Assembly (NCBI GenBank): GCA_041165285.1
Contig: JBEANV010000543.1
Location: 24,908 to 88,907 of the forward strand
Source of the DNA: Pseudomonadota bacterium
Lineage (GTDB): Bacteria; Pseudomonadota; Gammaproteobacteria; Burkholderiales; Burkholderiaceae_C
Length of the DNA: 64,000 bases
Direction: 5' to 3'
The position numbers and the translations under genes were made by a program. The notes under the pieces are model-generated. The model was not told the DNA's origin. It did no database searches and was given only the letters and a program-made list of their open reading frames with translations. Shown here in pieces: positions 1 to 9,596 of this stretch (position 1 is its first letter; every line of letters starts with the position of its first letter).

Positions 1-615
1 TTCGCCACCGATGGCGCCGTCATCGTCGGCATGGCGCAGTCCGGCAACGTCATCACGTCCACCAACGGCGGTGCAACTTGGACCGAAGGCGCGTCCATCA
101 CGGCGTCGGCATCCACCACCGTGCGGGCGTCCTTCTGCTACTCGCAAGAGCTGGATCTATTCCTGTGCGCAGCCGGCGCCACGGTCTACAAATCGTCGGA
201 CGGTATCGCGTGGTCAGCGGCCTACAGTGTCACCGGGAAGACCATGGATGACGTGTGCTGGGGGAACGGCACGTTCATCGTGTCCGGGTCCGACACGGCC
301 ACCGGCAACGCCTTCGTGGCCCGGTCTACCGATGGCGCGACGTGGACCACCTCCGCACCCGGCTATGGCCGGCTGAACGCCGTGCAGATCGTGGACGGCC
401 TGTTCTACGCCGCGGGCCGCCTTTCCGCGTCTTCATCGAATGGGTATGGCGTCGTCATCAAGTCCGTGGACAACGGCGCCACATGGACAACGCTTGCATC
501 CACCGGCTTCGGGGCGATGCAGTCCATTGCCCCAGATGGCGGCGGGACGCTGGCGGCATCCGGCTACAACGCATCCGGCGTCACCTCCGCTGGCGGAATC
601 GTCATCACCCCGTAA
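1..615 (+). CDS. C-terminal part of a tail fibre/receptor-binding protein with BNR/Asp-box beta-propeller (5' truncated by window edge)
   Basis: Frame is open from base 1 (FATDGAVIVGM...). Repeated SxDG/SxNGGxTW Asp-box motifs. Aligns by eye with the C-terminal domain of the 3275..7654 fibre. Confidence 0.7.
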   Translation, partial: FATDGAVIVGMAQSGNVITSTNGGATWTEGASITASASTTVRASFCYSQELDLFLCAAGATVYKSSDGIAWSAAYSVTGKTMDDVCWGNGTFIVSGSDTATGNAFVARSTDGATWTTSAPGYGRLNAVQIVDGLFYAAGRLSASSSNGYGVVIKSVDNGATWTTLASTGFGAMQSIAPDGGGTLAASGYNASGVTSAGGIVITP

Positions 616-618
616 CAC

Positions 619-1332
619 ATGGCCAACAAGGACCACACCATGCAGCGCAAGCAAATTTTTTTCCACCCGGCCCAAGGAGGGATCACGCCGCAAGAGCTGG
701 CAGCAGCGTTCCCCGGCGTGACCGTGAGCGCCAGCGACGATGAACTGTCCGCCGCGGGCCTCGAACGGCTGGTTCAAACCGAGCGCCCGGCGTGCGGCGA
801 GTTCCAGCGCATCGAAGAGGGCGACCCTGTGCGGCGCGAAGACGGCCGGATTCACCGCGTCTACACCGTGCGCGAAATGTTCGAGCCGATCGAGGGCCAC
901 GACGGCAACGCCATCACGGTCGAGATGCAGCAGTCTGACCACCGCGCGGCGATCCTGGCGCAGCGAAAGGCGGAAGCCGTGGCAGCAGTCGCGGCGGATC
1001 GCATCGCTGCGCTGCAGGCCGGCGTAATTGCGACCGTGCCCGGATTCGGCGCGGACGAATTCAGCCTTGCCCCGATGGATGTGGCGAGCCGGACAGCCAT
1101 GGCGGCATTCATCGGCGCAGCGCGCATCGTGTTCAGCCGATCGCGCCGGCACGACCTGCGCCCGGCTGACGTGGCGAAGGTCCATGCCGACATCGGCGCG
1201 GCCGTATTCGCCATCGAATCGCGGGCGGCGGCCCTGGCCGCGGCGATCAGCGCGGCGAAGTCGGTCGATGAGATCCCGAGGGACTTGCAGGTTCTGCCGC
1301 CAGCGGCCGGGCCGACAGATCAGGCTTCGTGA
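619..1332 (+). CDS. Putative tail fibre assembly/chaperone-like protein
   Basis: 237 aa ORF starting 3 nt after the fibre gene; helical Ala-rich C-terminus. Function inferred from position. Confidence 0.45.
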   Translation: MANKDHTMQRKQIFFHPAQGGITPQELAAAFPGVTVSASDDELSAAGLERLVQTERPACGEFQRIEEGDPVRREDGRIHRVYTVREMFEPIEGHDGNAITVEMQQSDHRAAILAQRKAEAVAAVAADRIAALQAGVIATVPGFGADEFSLAPMDVASRTAMAAFIGAARIVFSRSRRHDLRPADVAKVHADIGAAVFAIESRAAALAAAISAAKSVDEIPRDLQVLPPAAGPTDQAS

Positions 1333-1338
1333 CCCGGA

Positions 1339-1384
1339 ACTTCCGGCTTTCTGGCCCCTCATTTTTAGGGGCAAAACCGGAAGT
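1339..1384. terminator. Hairpin between convergent genes (probable terminator)
   Basis: ACTTCCGG...GCCCCT-cattttt-AGGGGC...CCGGAAGT nested inverted repeats between the stops at 1332 (+) and 1384 (-). Confidence 0.45.
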
Positions 1385-1923
1385 CACTCCACCGGCACGA
1401 TGTCACCGGGCATGAACGGCGTGAGCTGGTCGAGTTCGTCGCGCGGCGACAGGATCACCTCGCTGGGGTAGCCGGGAATCCCGATCACCCCGTTCCGGCG
1501 CTCCACCGAGAACGCCAGCACCACGCCCATCCCCGGCAGGATGGCCACAAGGTCACCGGTCTGCACTGCGAAGCTACCGGCATCGCCGGGTTCTGCCAGC
1601 GACTCCACCAGCGCCCGCTGTTCCACCTGCTGCAGCGTGGCGTTCCCGCGCTCCAGTAAATCATCCGGCTGGTAGCGCCCCAAGAACATCGCCCGGCCGT
1701 CCCCGAGCGGCTGGTACTCGAATTCGGCTTCATCGGTGCCGGTCAGCACTTCCATGCCGCCCAGCGTCGGCATCCCGCCCAGCGTGCCGGGTTGTCCCGT
1801 GGCAGGGTCAATCTCAGTGCGGGTGAACACCTTGCGCCACACGCTGCACGGGAAGGAATTCGGGTGTCGCAGCACAACAAGGCGCGAAGCTGAAGAAATT
1901 GCGGCGGGTACTTGGGTCAGCAT
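1384..1923 (-). CDS. P1-like virion morphogenesis (tail/head-tail) protein
   Basis: 179 aa, last gene of a late operon; high-GC codon usage; exact role not determinable. Confidence 0.5.
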   Translation of the reverse strand: MLTQVPAAISSASRLVVLRHPNSFPCSVWRKVFTRTEIDPATGQPGTLGGMPTLGGMEVLTGTDEAEFEYQPLGDGRAMFLGRYQPDDLLERGNATLQQVEQRALVESLAEPGDAGSFAVQTGDLVAILPGMGVVLAFSVERRNGVIGIPGYPSEVILSPRDELDQLTPFMPGDIVPVE

Positions 1924-1932
1924 TGGCGGGAC

Positions 1933-3000
1933 TCACGGGACGTTTTTCAGCATGGCGGTCGCCTGCTTCTGGGTGATGATGCCGGCCGCCAGCATCTTGC
2001 CGACCCGCTTCTTGAGGTCGAGAACCATGGCGGCCTTCTGAGCCTGTGTGACGGTCGAGTGCGGGGAACCGCCGCCGCGCGCTGCTGGCGCCGCCGATGC
2101 CGCCTTCATGGCCCGCTGCTGCGCCAGCCGGGTGTTCCGTTCGGCCGTGCTTTCGACGGCGCTGCGCTTCCACCCGATTTCCTTTGCCTGATCCTTGGCG
2201 ATGGCTTCTGCTTCGGCTTTCGTCACCCGCACCGCCTTGGCCTTGTCGCCGGACTCCAGGCGCTCGCGTTCGTGCTCGATCATCTGCGCGATCTTGCGGT
2301 GCAGAGCGGACGGGCGGGTGAGCGACTGCATGACACGCAGCGCGTGCTTGCACGCCACCCCGGTCAGTTCCGGGTTCGTGAGCTTCGGGTAGCCGGTTTC
2401 AGGGCGGCCCGCGTTGAACCCGCCCGCTGTCGTGATGAAGCGGTAGCGATAGCGGTGGTCCGGGCAGTCGCAGTCGAATTTCAACCCGCCCTCCGCCACC
2501 AGCTTTGCGAGCGCCGTGACCGGCTTCGGGCTGGCCGTGGCCGCCGACATGTCCAAGAATTCGAGATGGATGTGGTGGCGCAGCGCCTTGCTGCCCGGCG
2601 CCGCATTCGTGGTGACGTGCAGCCTCGCGCCGCGGGACTCCAGCGGCACGGCATGGTGGATTTGCGACGATGCCCGCTGGCGCCGATCCGGCGTGGCGAG
2701 ATTGATCACCTCGCGCGCCGTGATGCCGCCGCGGAACTTCGACCCGAGCCGCTTCACGCTCGCGGCGTAGCGGGTCAGATCGTCGTTCGTGACGGCACGC
2801 CGAACGCCGCCTAGCGTCGTTTCGAGCTGGCGGCCCGAGTCGTACTTGCCGCCGATGTCCGCAGGCGCAAGGATCTGGCTTCCCGCGCCCTTGCCGGCCG
2901 CCAGTCGTTGATCACGGTCAGCAACCGCCCGCCGCTTCGCTTCTGCTACAGCCTTTGCTGGCGTGTTGACGCTGGCCGGGTTCTTCTCTTCGGCCATCAA
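1933..3000 (-). CDS. SWIM-type zinc-finger protein in tail operon
   Basis: FDCDCPD...GVACKH matches the CxC-xn-CxH SWIM signature; co-oriented with baseplate and fibre genes. Confidence 0.65.
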   Translation of the reverse strand: MMAEEKNPASVNTPAKAVAEAKRRAVADRDQRLAAGKGAGSQILAPADIGGKYDSGRQLETTLGGVRRAVTNDDLTRYAASVKRLGSKFRGGITAREVINLATPDRRQRASSQIHHAVPLESRGARLHVTTNAAPGSKALRHHIHLEFLDMSAATASPKPVTALAKLVAEGGLKFDCDCPDHRYRYRFITTAGGFNAGRPETGYPKLTNPELTGVACKHALRVMQSLTRPSALHRKIAQMIEHERERLESGDKAKAVRVTKAEAEAIAKDQAKEIGWKRSAVESTAERNTRLAQQRAMKAASAAPAARGGGSPHSTVTQAQKAAMVLDLKKRVGKMLAAGIITQKQATAMLKNVP

Positions 3001-3278
3001 GTTGTATACCCGGCCGCGGCCTTCATGGCAGCGAGCTGTGTTGGCGTGGGAAGAATAAGTTCCATTTCAGGCAACGGAAGCTCAGGCGAATCAAGCCCGG
3101 CTGCCGCCTGAATTGCCATCCACTCGCCCGGCGTGCCGTACACCCGCCCAGATACCCCCATGAGGTCAAGACGGTCGCCGGGTGTCGTCCGGTATCTGAT
3201 TGCGGCACCCCACGGCGGTGTTGAGTCGGCAAACCTACGAATGGCCAAAAAAAGACCAGAATGGCTTTCAGTAGTCAT
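2997..3278 (-). CDS. Small baseplate protein (tail X/LysM-like, resembling P1 gp26)
   Basis: RYRTTPGDRLDL..S.RVYG....W..I..A motif; overlaps both neighbours by 4 nt. Confidence 0.6.
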   Translation of the reverse strand: MTTESHSGLFLAIRRFADSTPPWGAAIRYRTTPGDRLDLMGVSGRVYGTPGEWMAIQAAAGLDSPELPLPEMELILPTPTQLAAMKAAAGYTT

Positions 3279-6200
3279 GGCGCACAGTAGGCCAAAGCCG
3301 GATAGTAAGTATCAGCATACGTGGTGGTAGTAGTACCGTCGCCATTGGTTACGGTAGTTGGAGTCCGTATGATGCTGGCACCAACACAAAACAACTTCCC
3401 ATTATGGTCAGCAAAGCCATAAGCAATACCCATTGCGTCAAATGCAAAAATATTTGCCCATGTCAATCCACCATCGACGCTTCGCAGTAGATACCCAGAA
3501 ACTCCTTGGTTGACAACAAGGTACCAAGAGCCATTCATGTAGTGAGCGCAGCTTGGTCTATTTGACCCAATCGCCGATGATGCCACAACCACCCAATCAA
3601 CACCATTGATTGAACGCAAAAGCCCACCTGAACTCATCGCCAGGAATACGCCTCCGCCTCGGTACACTCCATCTCGCATTGCCGTAACTGGTGATCCTGA
3701 GGATGATCCAATACGGAAACTAATACCGTCCGAGCAAGTGTAAAAATTTCCACCAAGATTGACTACAAAAAGGTCAATATCCGCCGCATAGCAAATCCCG
3801 CCGCATACGCCGGACGGCGTCCATGTGTCAGTAAAAGACCCTCCAAAGTCGGAAGAGTATTTTATCGCGTAGGTCGTTCCAGAGTACCCGCCGAGAATTA
3901 GAACGCCATCCGTTATAAGCCTGCCAACTCTCGCCATGCTATTTACTAGCACCCAGTTTATCCCATCGACGGATGAGTAAATACTCAGCGGGGTTATTGT
4001 TGCGAAAAATTTGCCGTTGACAAATATCAGGCTGTTCGCGTAATTGGCGCCAGTGGCACCACTTGCCGGAATGCCGACGGCCGGCAGGAAATTGGCGCCG
4101 CCGTCAGTTGAGTAGCTAACAGGCGCCGCACCACCGCCACCCATCGCCGCATATCCGCCGACGACAATAACGCCATTGGCTGCCGCGCAGCAATATAGCC
4201 TGCCAGTGCTGGCAGAGAATGTTTTTTGTGTCCACGCAGTACCGAATTCTCCGGCTGTCGTGAAGCTGATTGTCGCCGACCAATCAGAGGTTCCGCCGTA
4301 TAGCCCGACGTGCCTGACTTTGGCGTAATAAGTGCCAGACGACGACGCGCCAGAAAGTGGCAAAGCAGTCAGGCTCTGGGCGCCGGTATGCTCTAAAATT
4401 GCAGGAGAGAATGACGGACTTGCAGAAACAACCCACTCCGAATTGGAATGTGAGTCAACCCCATCCGAAGCAAAAGCTGATGAGGTGAGTTCATGATTCA
4501 GCGCCACCCCGGTGGCGCCACCTGAGGGGCTGGTGATCGTCGGCTTCAACGTTTTCATGCGACGGAACCTCACCGGGGCGGAATACTGCACAGCCGCTCC
4601 GAATGTGGCGTCACGGTGCCGTGACCGAACATAGTAGTAACCACCTGGCGTCAATTCGGAAATTCCTGCCGTTGGGAAAGATGTCTTGTTGACGGCATCG
4701 TTCATGCTCGCGTAAAGCACGGCGGCAAATGTGTCATCAGCAGCGATTTGCCAGTCGGTAGAGCTGTGAACACCCGTTCCGCTGGTGAGCGCGAAGGGTG
4801 CGGTAGTCACTTCACCTGCAAATCCGATCTGGTCGGCAGTCGGCGTCAGGATCGAGGTCACGGCCGTTTGCGGAGCCGCCGCAGCCTGCACAGTCACGGT
4901 CGCGCTGTAGGCGGACCAGCCGGCCGCCGCGGCTTTGTGTCGCGCACGCAGGTAGTAGGTGCCGCCAGCGGCCAGCGCCGCCGATGGCGCCCAGGTGATC
5001 AGGTTTGCCGTGTCTCCGATGGAGCTTGCCGCGATGTCGGTGAACGCTGCATCGCGGGCAATCTGCCACGTCGTCATCTGGTGCGTGTCGGTGCCCGTGC
5101 TCACGCCGAACGCGCTGGTGGTCAGGGTAGGCGGGTTCGTGGCCAGCGCGCCGGCTGCGGGGGCGGTCAGTGCCGGCGTGTTCGTCGTGGCCATCGCCGA
5201 AGTGGTGAAGCTGGTGGCCGAGCTGTAGGTCGAAACGACGCCGCTGGCGGAGCGGTAGCGGGCGCGCAGGTAGTAGGTGGTGGCGGGGGTCAGGCCGGCC
5301 GGGATCGCCCACGCGGTCAGGTTCACGGTGTCGGCCAGCGATGACGATCCCGACAGGGGCGAGAACGTCGGACTGGTGGACAGCTCCCAATCCGTGTCGT
5401 GGTGTGGATCGGTGCCGGTGGCACCGAACACTGCGCCCGTGACCGTCGCGCCAGGCAGAACGGCCGATCCGCTGCCGATGGCTGGCGCGGTCGGCGTGGT
5501 CACAGCCATCGCAGTGAAGGTCACCGCCGCGGACCACTGTGAAGTTGGCAGGCTAAGGCCCATGTGCAGCACGCGGGCGTAGTAGGTCGCCCCCGGCTGC
5601 AACCCGGTGGGCGTCCACTGGGTTTTCGCCGTCGCACTGGCCCAAACGGTCGAGACGATGGCGGTGTTCGGGAACTCCGGGTCAGTTGATACCTGCCAAC
5701 TCGAACTCGCGTGCGCATCGCTGCCGTTTGTCACGGCGAATGCCGAACTCGCCAGCGCGCCCGTGAATCCCGTCGCACCAGTGGTTGGCGTGGTGATGGC
5801 GGGGCGAGTTATGGCCGCCGCCGCTACGGTACGGAACGACACGGAATCGGACCAGCCGGACGCGCCGCCAGACACGGAGACGTGCTTGACGCGGGCGTAG
5901 TAGGTGGTGTCGTTCGACAGCGCCACGCCCGGCACCCAGGCCGTGAGGTCGTTCGTGTTATCGCGCGTGCCGGAAACGATATTCAGGAACCCGGCGTCCG
6001 TGGCAACGTCCCAGCTCGACGACAGGTGCGTTGCAGCACCTGAGCTGACTTGCAGCGGCCCCGATGTGATCGTCGGCGTCAAGCTCACGCCCGTGGCGCT
6101 GGCCGATGGCGTGGTGATCGACGGCCGGACGGTGGTAACTTGGACCGGGGTGGTGAAGGCGATGGTCGGCGAGTCAGTGGAAGCGCCGGACGTGGCGCCC

Positions 6201-7654
6201 TTGTGCCGTGCCCGGACGTAGTAGGTGGCGCCGTAGGCCAGCGCCGCGGGGATCGTCCACGCTGTCAGGTTCGTGGTGTCGCCGGTGGATGCAAAGACGA
6301 TGGACGGTCCAAAGTCTGCCGTGGTAGCCACCTCCCAATCCGTGGCTTTGTGGGTGTCGGCGCCGCCGCTGGTGGCGTAGGCGCTGGTCGTGAACGAGGG
6401 GGTGATCCCGCTCGCCGTGGCGCCGTTCGCCGGGCTGGTGATCGTCGGCGCCAGGGTGACGGTAGCATTCGTGATCGTGCGGCGATGCTTGATGAACAGG
6501 TCGCCCACCTTCATCAGCAGATCCCGCGTGGCGCCGATGGCGCTCACAGGCGAGTCCGAGAACATCAGGTCGAACACCAGCGCGCCGGACCCGCCGACCA
6601 CGCGGTTCGTCGCGGTGTACCGGCCGCCGTTCGCCGACTCGTTGAGGTCGGCCACGGGCATGAAGTCGCCAGCCGGCAGGCCGGGAATCGTGAGCGTTGC
6701 GAGCTTGACGCCTTGAGCACCAGGGGCGCCGATGGACGGGGCAATGATGTAAGGGTCGGATTCGGTGCCGGTGCCGCCGCCGAACGCGGGCGATGACGTG
6801 GCAGAAGCCGCGTCCACGGCGGGAGTGGTGGACGTGGGGAGTCGCGTCAGCAGAATCCAGTCCTGACCGTCATACACCACGTCTGCCAGCATCCCGGCTG
6901 CGATGGCGCGCGCCGGGGCCGCGACCTTCTGGCCGGTCTGGCTGTAGCACTGCAACGGGCGTGCGCCGGTGCCGGACACATTCAGGGTCGGCATGTCGGC
7001 GGTGGCCGCTGCATGGAACTGGCAATGCACGCGGGTGAATGGCTGCAGCGCCTCGATTGGCGGTGTCACGGCCAGCGTGTACGCCGTGCCGTCGCCGGCT
7101 GTGCTGCCCGCGGTGTGCTTCTGCACCTGCAGCGCCGCCTTGGTGGCGTACTGGGGGTGCGGGTCCGTGGCGCCTTCGTGCGAACCGATCAGGGCCAGCG
7201 CGACGGCCGCGCCAGGGTCTACGGTCACTTCGATGGAGCCGGCAGGGATGCCGGACAAGGCCATGCCGAAGGCCATCACGTACTGTCCGCGGCTGCGCTG
7301 CGAGATGGTGCGCAGCGGGTCGGTGGTGGACCAGATGGCGAAGAGCTTGCCGCCCGCGGCCGGGTCACCCATCCAGAAGCCGACTTCGGTGGCGGTGTAG
7401 GGCGTAGCCGCCGCACCGAACAGCACCGACACCCGGAAACTGTCCGGGCCGGCCGATCCGCCTGCGATGGTGACAGTTTCGACGCGGGAAATCAGGTCGG
7501 TGGCCGCAGCGCCAGTCGCATCTGTGTCCGAGCGACCGGACCCGAGAGAGACATGCGTGATCTTGACGCGCAAGCCGCTACCGCTCTGCGAGATGGCAGC
7601 AGCGCGGCCAACTTCGGTGATCTTCGGGTTGAATACTTCGATGGCTTGCGGCAT
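3275..7654 (-). CDS. Large tail fibre: N-terminal baseplate anchor, seven FN3/Ig-like repeats, C-terminal Asp-box beta-propeller
   Basis: Start MPQAIEVFNPKIT follows a late-promoter motif. HEGATDPHPQY fibre motif. About 100 aa repeats P.ITSP..GATG...H..(T/S)W......YY.R.RH....S. SxDGG Asp-boxes at the C-terminus. Confidence 0.8.
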   Translation of the reverse strand: MPQAIEVFNPKITEVGRAAAISQSGSGLRVKITHVSLGSGRSDTDATGAAATDLISRVETVTIAGGSAGPDSFRVSVLFGAAATPYTATEVGFWMGDPAAGGKLFAIWSTTDPLRTISQRSRGQYVMAFGMALSGIPAGSIEVTVDPGAAVALALIGSHEGATDPHPQYATKAALQVQKHTAGSTAGDGTAYTLAVTPPIEALQPFTRVHCQFHAAATADMPTLNVSGTGARPLQCYSQTGQKVAAPARAIAAGMLADVVYDGQDWILLTRLPTSTTPAVDAASATSSPAFGGGTGTESDPYIIAPSIGAPGAQGVKLATLTIPGLPAGDFMPVADLNESANGGRYTATNRVVGGSGALVFDLMFSDSPVSAIGATRDLLMKVGDLFIKHRRTITNATVTLAPTITSPANGATASGITPSFTTSAYATSGGADTHKATDWEVATTADFGPSIVFASTGDTTNLTAWTIPAALAYGATYYVRARHKGATSGASTDSPTIAFTTPVQVTTVRPSITTPSASATGVSLTPTITSGPLQVSSGAATHLSSSWDVATDAGFLNIVSGTRDNTNDLTAWVPGVALSNDTTYYARVKHVSVSGGASGWSDSVSFRTVAAAAITRPAITTPTTGATGFTGALASSAFAVTNGSDAHASSSWQVSTDPEFPNTAIVSTVWASATAKTQWTPTGLQPGATYYARVLHMGLSLPTSQWSAAVTFTAMAVTTPTAPAIGSGSAVLPGATVTGAVFGATGTDPHHDTDWELSTSPTFSPLSGSSSLADTVNLTAWAIPAGLTPATTYYLRARYRSASGVVSTYSSATSFTTSAMATTNTPALTAPAAGALATNPPTLTTSAFGVSTGTDTHQMTTWQIARDAAFTDIAASSIGDTANLITWAPSAALAAGGTYYLRARHKAAAAGWSAYSATVTVQAAAAPQTAVTSILTPTADQIGFAGEVTTAPFALTSGTGVHSSTDWQIAADDTFAAVLYASMNDAVNKTSFPTAGISELTPGGYYYVRSRHRDATFGAAVQYSAPVRFRRMKTLKPTITSPSGGATGVALNHELTSSAFASDGVDSHSNSEWVVSASPSFSPAILEHTGAQSLTALPLSGASSSGTYYAKVRHVGLYGGTSDWSATISFTTAGEFGTAWTQKTFSASTGRLYCCAAANGVIVVGGYAAMGGGGAAPVSYSTDGGANFLPAVGIPASGATGANYANSLIFVNGKFFATITPLSIYSSVDGINWVLVNSMARVGRLITDGVLILGGYSGTTYAIKYSSDFGGSFTDTWTPSGVCGGICYAADIDLFVVNLGGNFYTCSDGISFRIGSSSGSPVTAMRDGVYRGGGVFLAMSSGGLLRSINGVDWVVVASSAIGSNRPSCAHYMNGSWYLVVNQGVSGYLLRSVDGGLTWANIFAFDAMGIAYGFADHNGKLFCVGASIIRTPTTVTNGDGTTTTTYADTYYPALAYCAP

Positions 7655-7683
7655 GGCTTGGAATCCGGGCGGTTGATCCCCGG

Positions 7684-7725
7684 ATCGTGCCCAAGCCGTG
7701 CGAGTGTGCGGGGGGGCGATTTTCC
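7684..7725 (-). promoter_or_regulatory. Putative late promoter GGAAAA-N30-CACGAT
   Basis: ttttcc at 7720-7725 and atcgtg at 7684-7689, 30 nt apart; same geometry at five other loci. Confidence 0.65.
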
Positions 7726-7736
7726 GCCCGTTGCCG

Positions 7737-8258
7737 TCAGCAGCGTGTGAAGCGGTACAGCTCTTCCCGCGCTCGCGTGATCGACGCCAGCGGCAGGCCA
7801 AAGCCTTCGACAACCTGCCGATCCGTCAGCCCCGAGGTGATGGCCGGGATGCCGCCGAAACTGGCGGTCAGGCAGACCAGCTCGAACCCGTAGGCGACAA
7901 CGGCCACGCCGACCAGTTCGCCGGCTTCGGTGGCGAGCACCACCGACCCGGTGGCCAGTCGGCGCCACCGCGCTTCGCTGCGCGCCGTGCTGGCGTGCGA
8001 GATGGTCACATGCGTGGTGGCCGCCTCGATCAGCAGCGCGGTCGCAGCTTGGCGCATGGCGCCCTCATGGGAAAGGTCCGGGTAGGCGGTCGGCGAGCCT
8101 GCCGGCGTAGCCACCCAGGCAGACACGCCGAGTGAAACCTGTTCGTCCAATGGCGTGCCGAAGTGCAGGGGGTTGATTGCCGGCCTGCAGTGGATGGACT
8201 CCCCCTCTTCGCACAGGATTTCGGGGATAGCGGCGGCGGTGGTGTAGCGGACGGTCAT
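7737..8258 (-). CDS. Hypothetical protein with its own promoter, inserted among late genes
   Basis: 173 aa ORF with a GAGG RBS; upstream TTCATA-17-CATGAT (8311-8283) next to a GCATAAAT site. Confidence 0.55.
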   Translation of the reverse strand: MTVRYTTAAAIPEILCEEGESIHCRPAINPLHFGTPLDEQVSLGVSAWVATPAGSPTAYPDLSHEGAMRQAATALLIEAATTHVTISHASTARSEARWRRLATGSVVLATEAGELVGVAVVAYGFELVCLTASFGGIPAITSGLTDRQVVEGFGLPLASITRAREELYRFTRC

Positions 8259-8329
8259 GCGTGCCTCGTTTTCAATGCACGCATCATGTCCATTTGGACG
8301 GTTGTTATGAAGGCATAAATCCGCGCTTT

Positions 8330-8809
8330 TCAGTAGATCGACTCGATCAGCCCCATGAATTCACGCTGAAATGCACTCGACTTGCTTGAATCAGCCTGTT
8401 TTTTTGCCGCATAACACGCATAGAGCATCGCCACCTGCGCATTCGTCGCATCCGGGTGGACGCGGTACTTGATGCCGCGCTCTTCGATCTTGTCGCGCTC
8501 CAGGCGCGATTTCGGATCGGCCCGAAGCGCCCCCTCCCGGATGACCAGCCGCCCCATGCTGGCGGCGCTGAAGTACGCGGCGATGGCATCGGCCAAGTGC
8601 TCTTCCGTCACCAGCATGTCCCGATGCTGGTCCGCTTCGATGTTCGTGACGTGCAGGAAATTCGGCTTGCGGTCGTCCGCGTGGTCCCGCACGGATGCCG
8701 CGACCACCATGCCGGTACCCGTGTCCAGGGCGACGTAGAGCGAAGCCGGGCGATCGGCGAATCCGGCCACGTTCACCCGGATCATTTGCGTGCTGGCGGC
8801 CTCACTCAC
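8330..8809 (-). CDS. P1-like morphogenesis protein (unknown function)
   Basis: 159 aa, overlaps the end of the upstream late gene. Confidence 0.55.
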   Translation of the reverse strand: MSEAASTQMIRVNVAGFADRPASLYVALDTGTGMVVAASVRDHADDRKPNFLHVTNIEADQHRDMLVTEEHLADAIAAYFSAASMGRLVIREGALRADPKSRLERDKIEERGIKYRVHPDATNAQVAMLYACYAAKKQADSSKSSAFQREFMGLIESIY

Positions 8810-9596
8810 TGGCAGCCACCGGCATCACGATCAGCTCACCACCGGGAACACCGATGACTTCCACCAGATCGAAGGCGTTGATGCCGATGAAGCCGTCCGG
8901 GTCGTCAAGGGTGCCTGCGCCCTTGCCGTCAGCATCCGGCGCCCCGTGCGCTGGGTAGCGCAGCATCGGCGCACCGCATCGCAAGTTCAGGTCACACCGG
9001 ATGATGGTCAGGTTCGGCCCGGACTCCGATTCCGGCGTGGCGATGATTTCCGGCGTCTCGACCATCACCGGCCAGCGTTGCGGGATGCCGGCCAGCACGT
9101 ACTCGGCTTGGAATCGCCGATGCTCCATTTGTCCCAGGAAGGCGTAGAGCTGCATGGCGAGCGAGTGCGCCGTGTGCCACTCCTGAGCGACGATGACCAA
9201 CTGCATGTTGATGTCAAAGCGCGGCACACGGATCTGAAAAATCCGGCGCTTCGGGTCGTCCGGGATTCGGCAGTACACCCACTCGACGGTCTGGCGCGTC
9301 ACTTCGCTGGGCGTCGGGACAAAGCTGCGATCCGCCGTGACGATCAGGCGTGGGATGCGTGGTCGCGGCAGGTCGGTGCCAAGCGGGTCATCCTTCCGCA
9401 TTGCGCTGATGATCTCCATGACGGCCGAACTCATCCGCCCCGGCGCCCACGCCGCAGCCTCTGCGAATGGGCGGGCCTTGTACTCGGCCACGCCGGGCGT
9501 GTCCGCGATCAGCTCCGCGTGCCACTGCTGCAGCAGCCTCCCGAACCCGGCATGGATCGGCGTGCGCATGTTCTGCGCGGTTTCGATCTGAGGCAT
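8802..9596 (-). CDS. Putative tail completion/neck protein
   Basis: 264 aa, directly after the prohead protease; function inferred from context. Confidence 0.45.
   Translation of the reverse strand: MPQIETAQNMRTPIHAGFGRLLQQWHAELIADTPGVAEYKARPFAEAAAWAPGRMSSAVMEIISAMRKDDPLGTDLPRPRIPRLIVTADRSFVPTPSEVTRQTVEWVYCRIPDDPKRRIFQIRVPRFDINMQLVIVAQEWHTAHSLAMQLYAFLGQMEHRRFQAEYVLAGIPQRWPVMVETPEIIATPESESGPNLTIIRCDLNLRCGAPMLRYPAHGAPDADGKGAGTLDDPDGFIGINAFDLVEVIGVPGGELIVMPVAASE

Noticed and set aside
1-7654. Cin/Gin-type invertible fibre cassette or diversity-generating retroelement
   Set aside because: No invertase, reverse transcriptase, crossover inverted repeats or near-identical TR/VR pair seen; the two tips are similar only at protein level.
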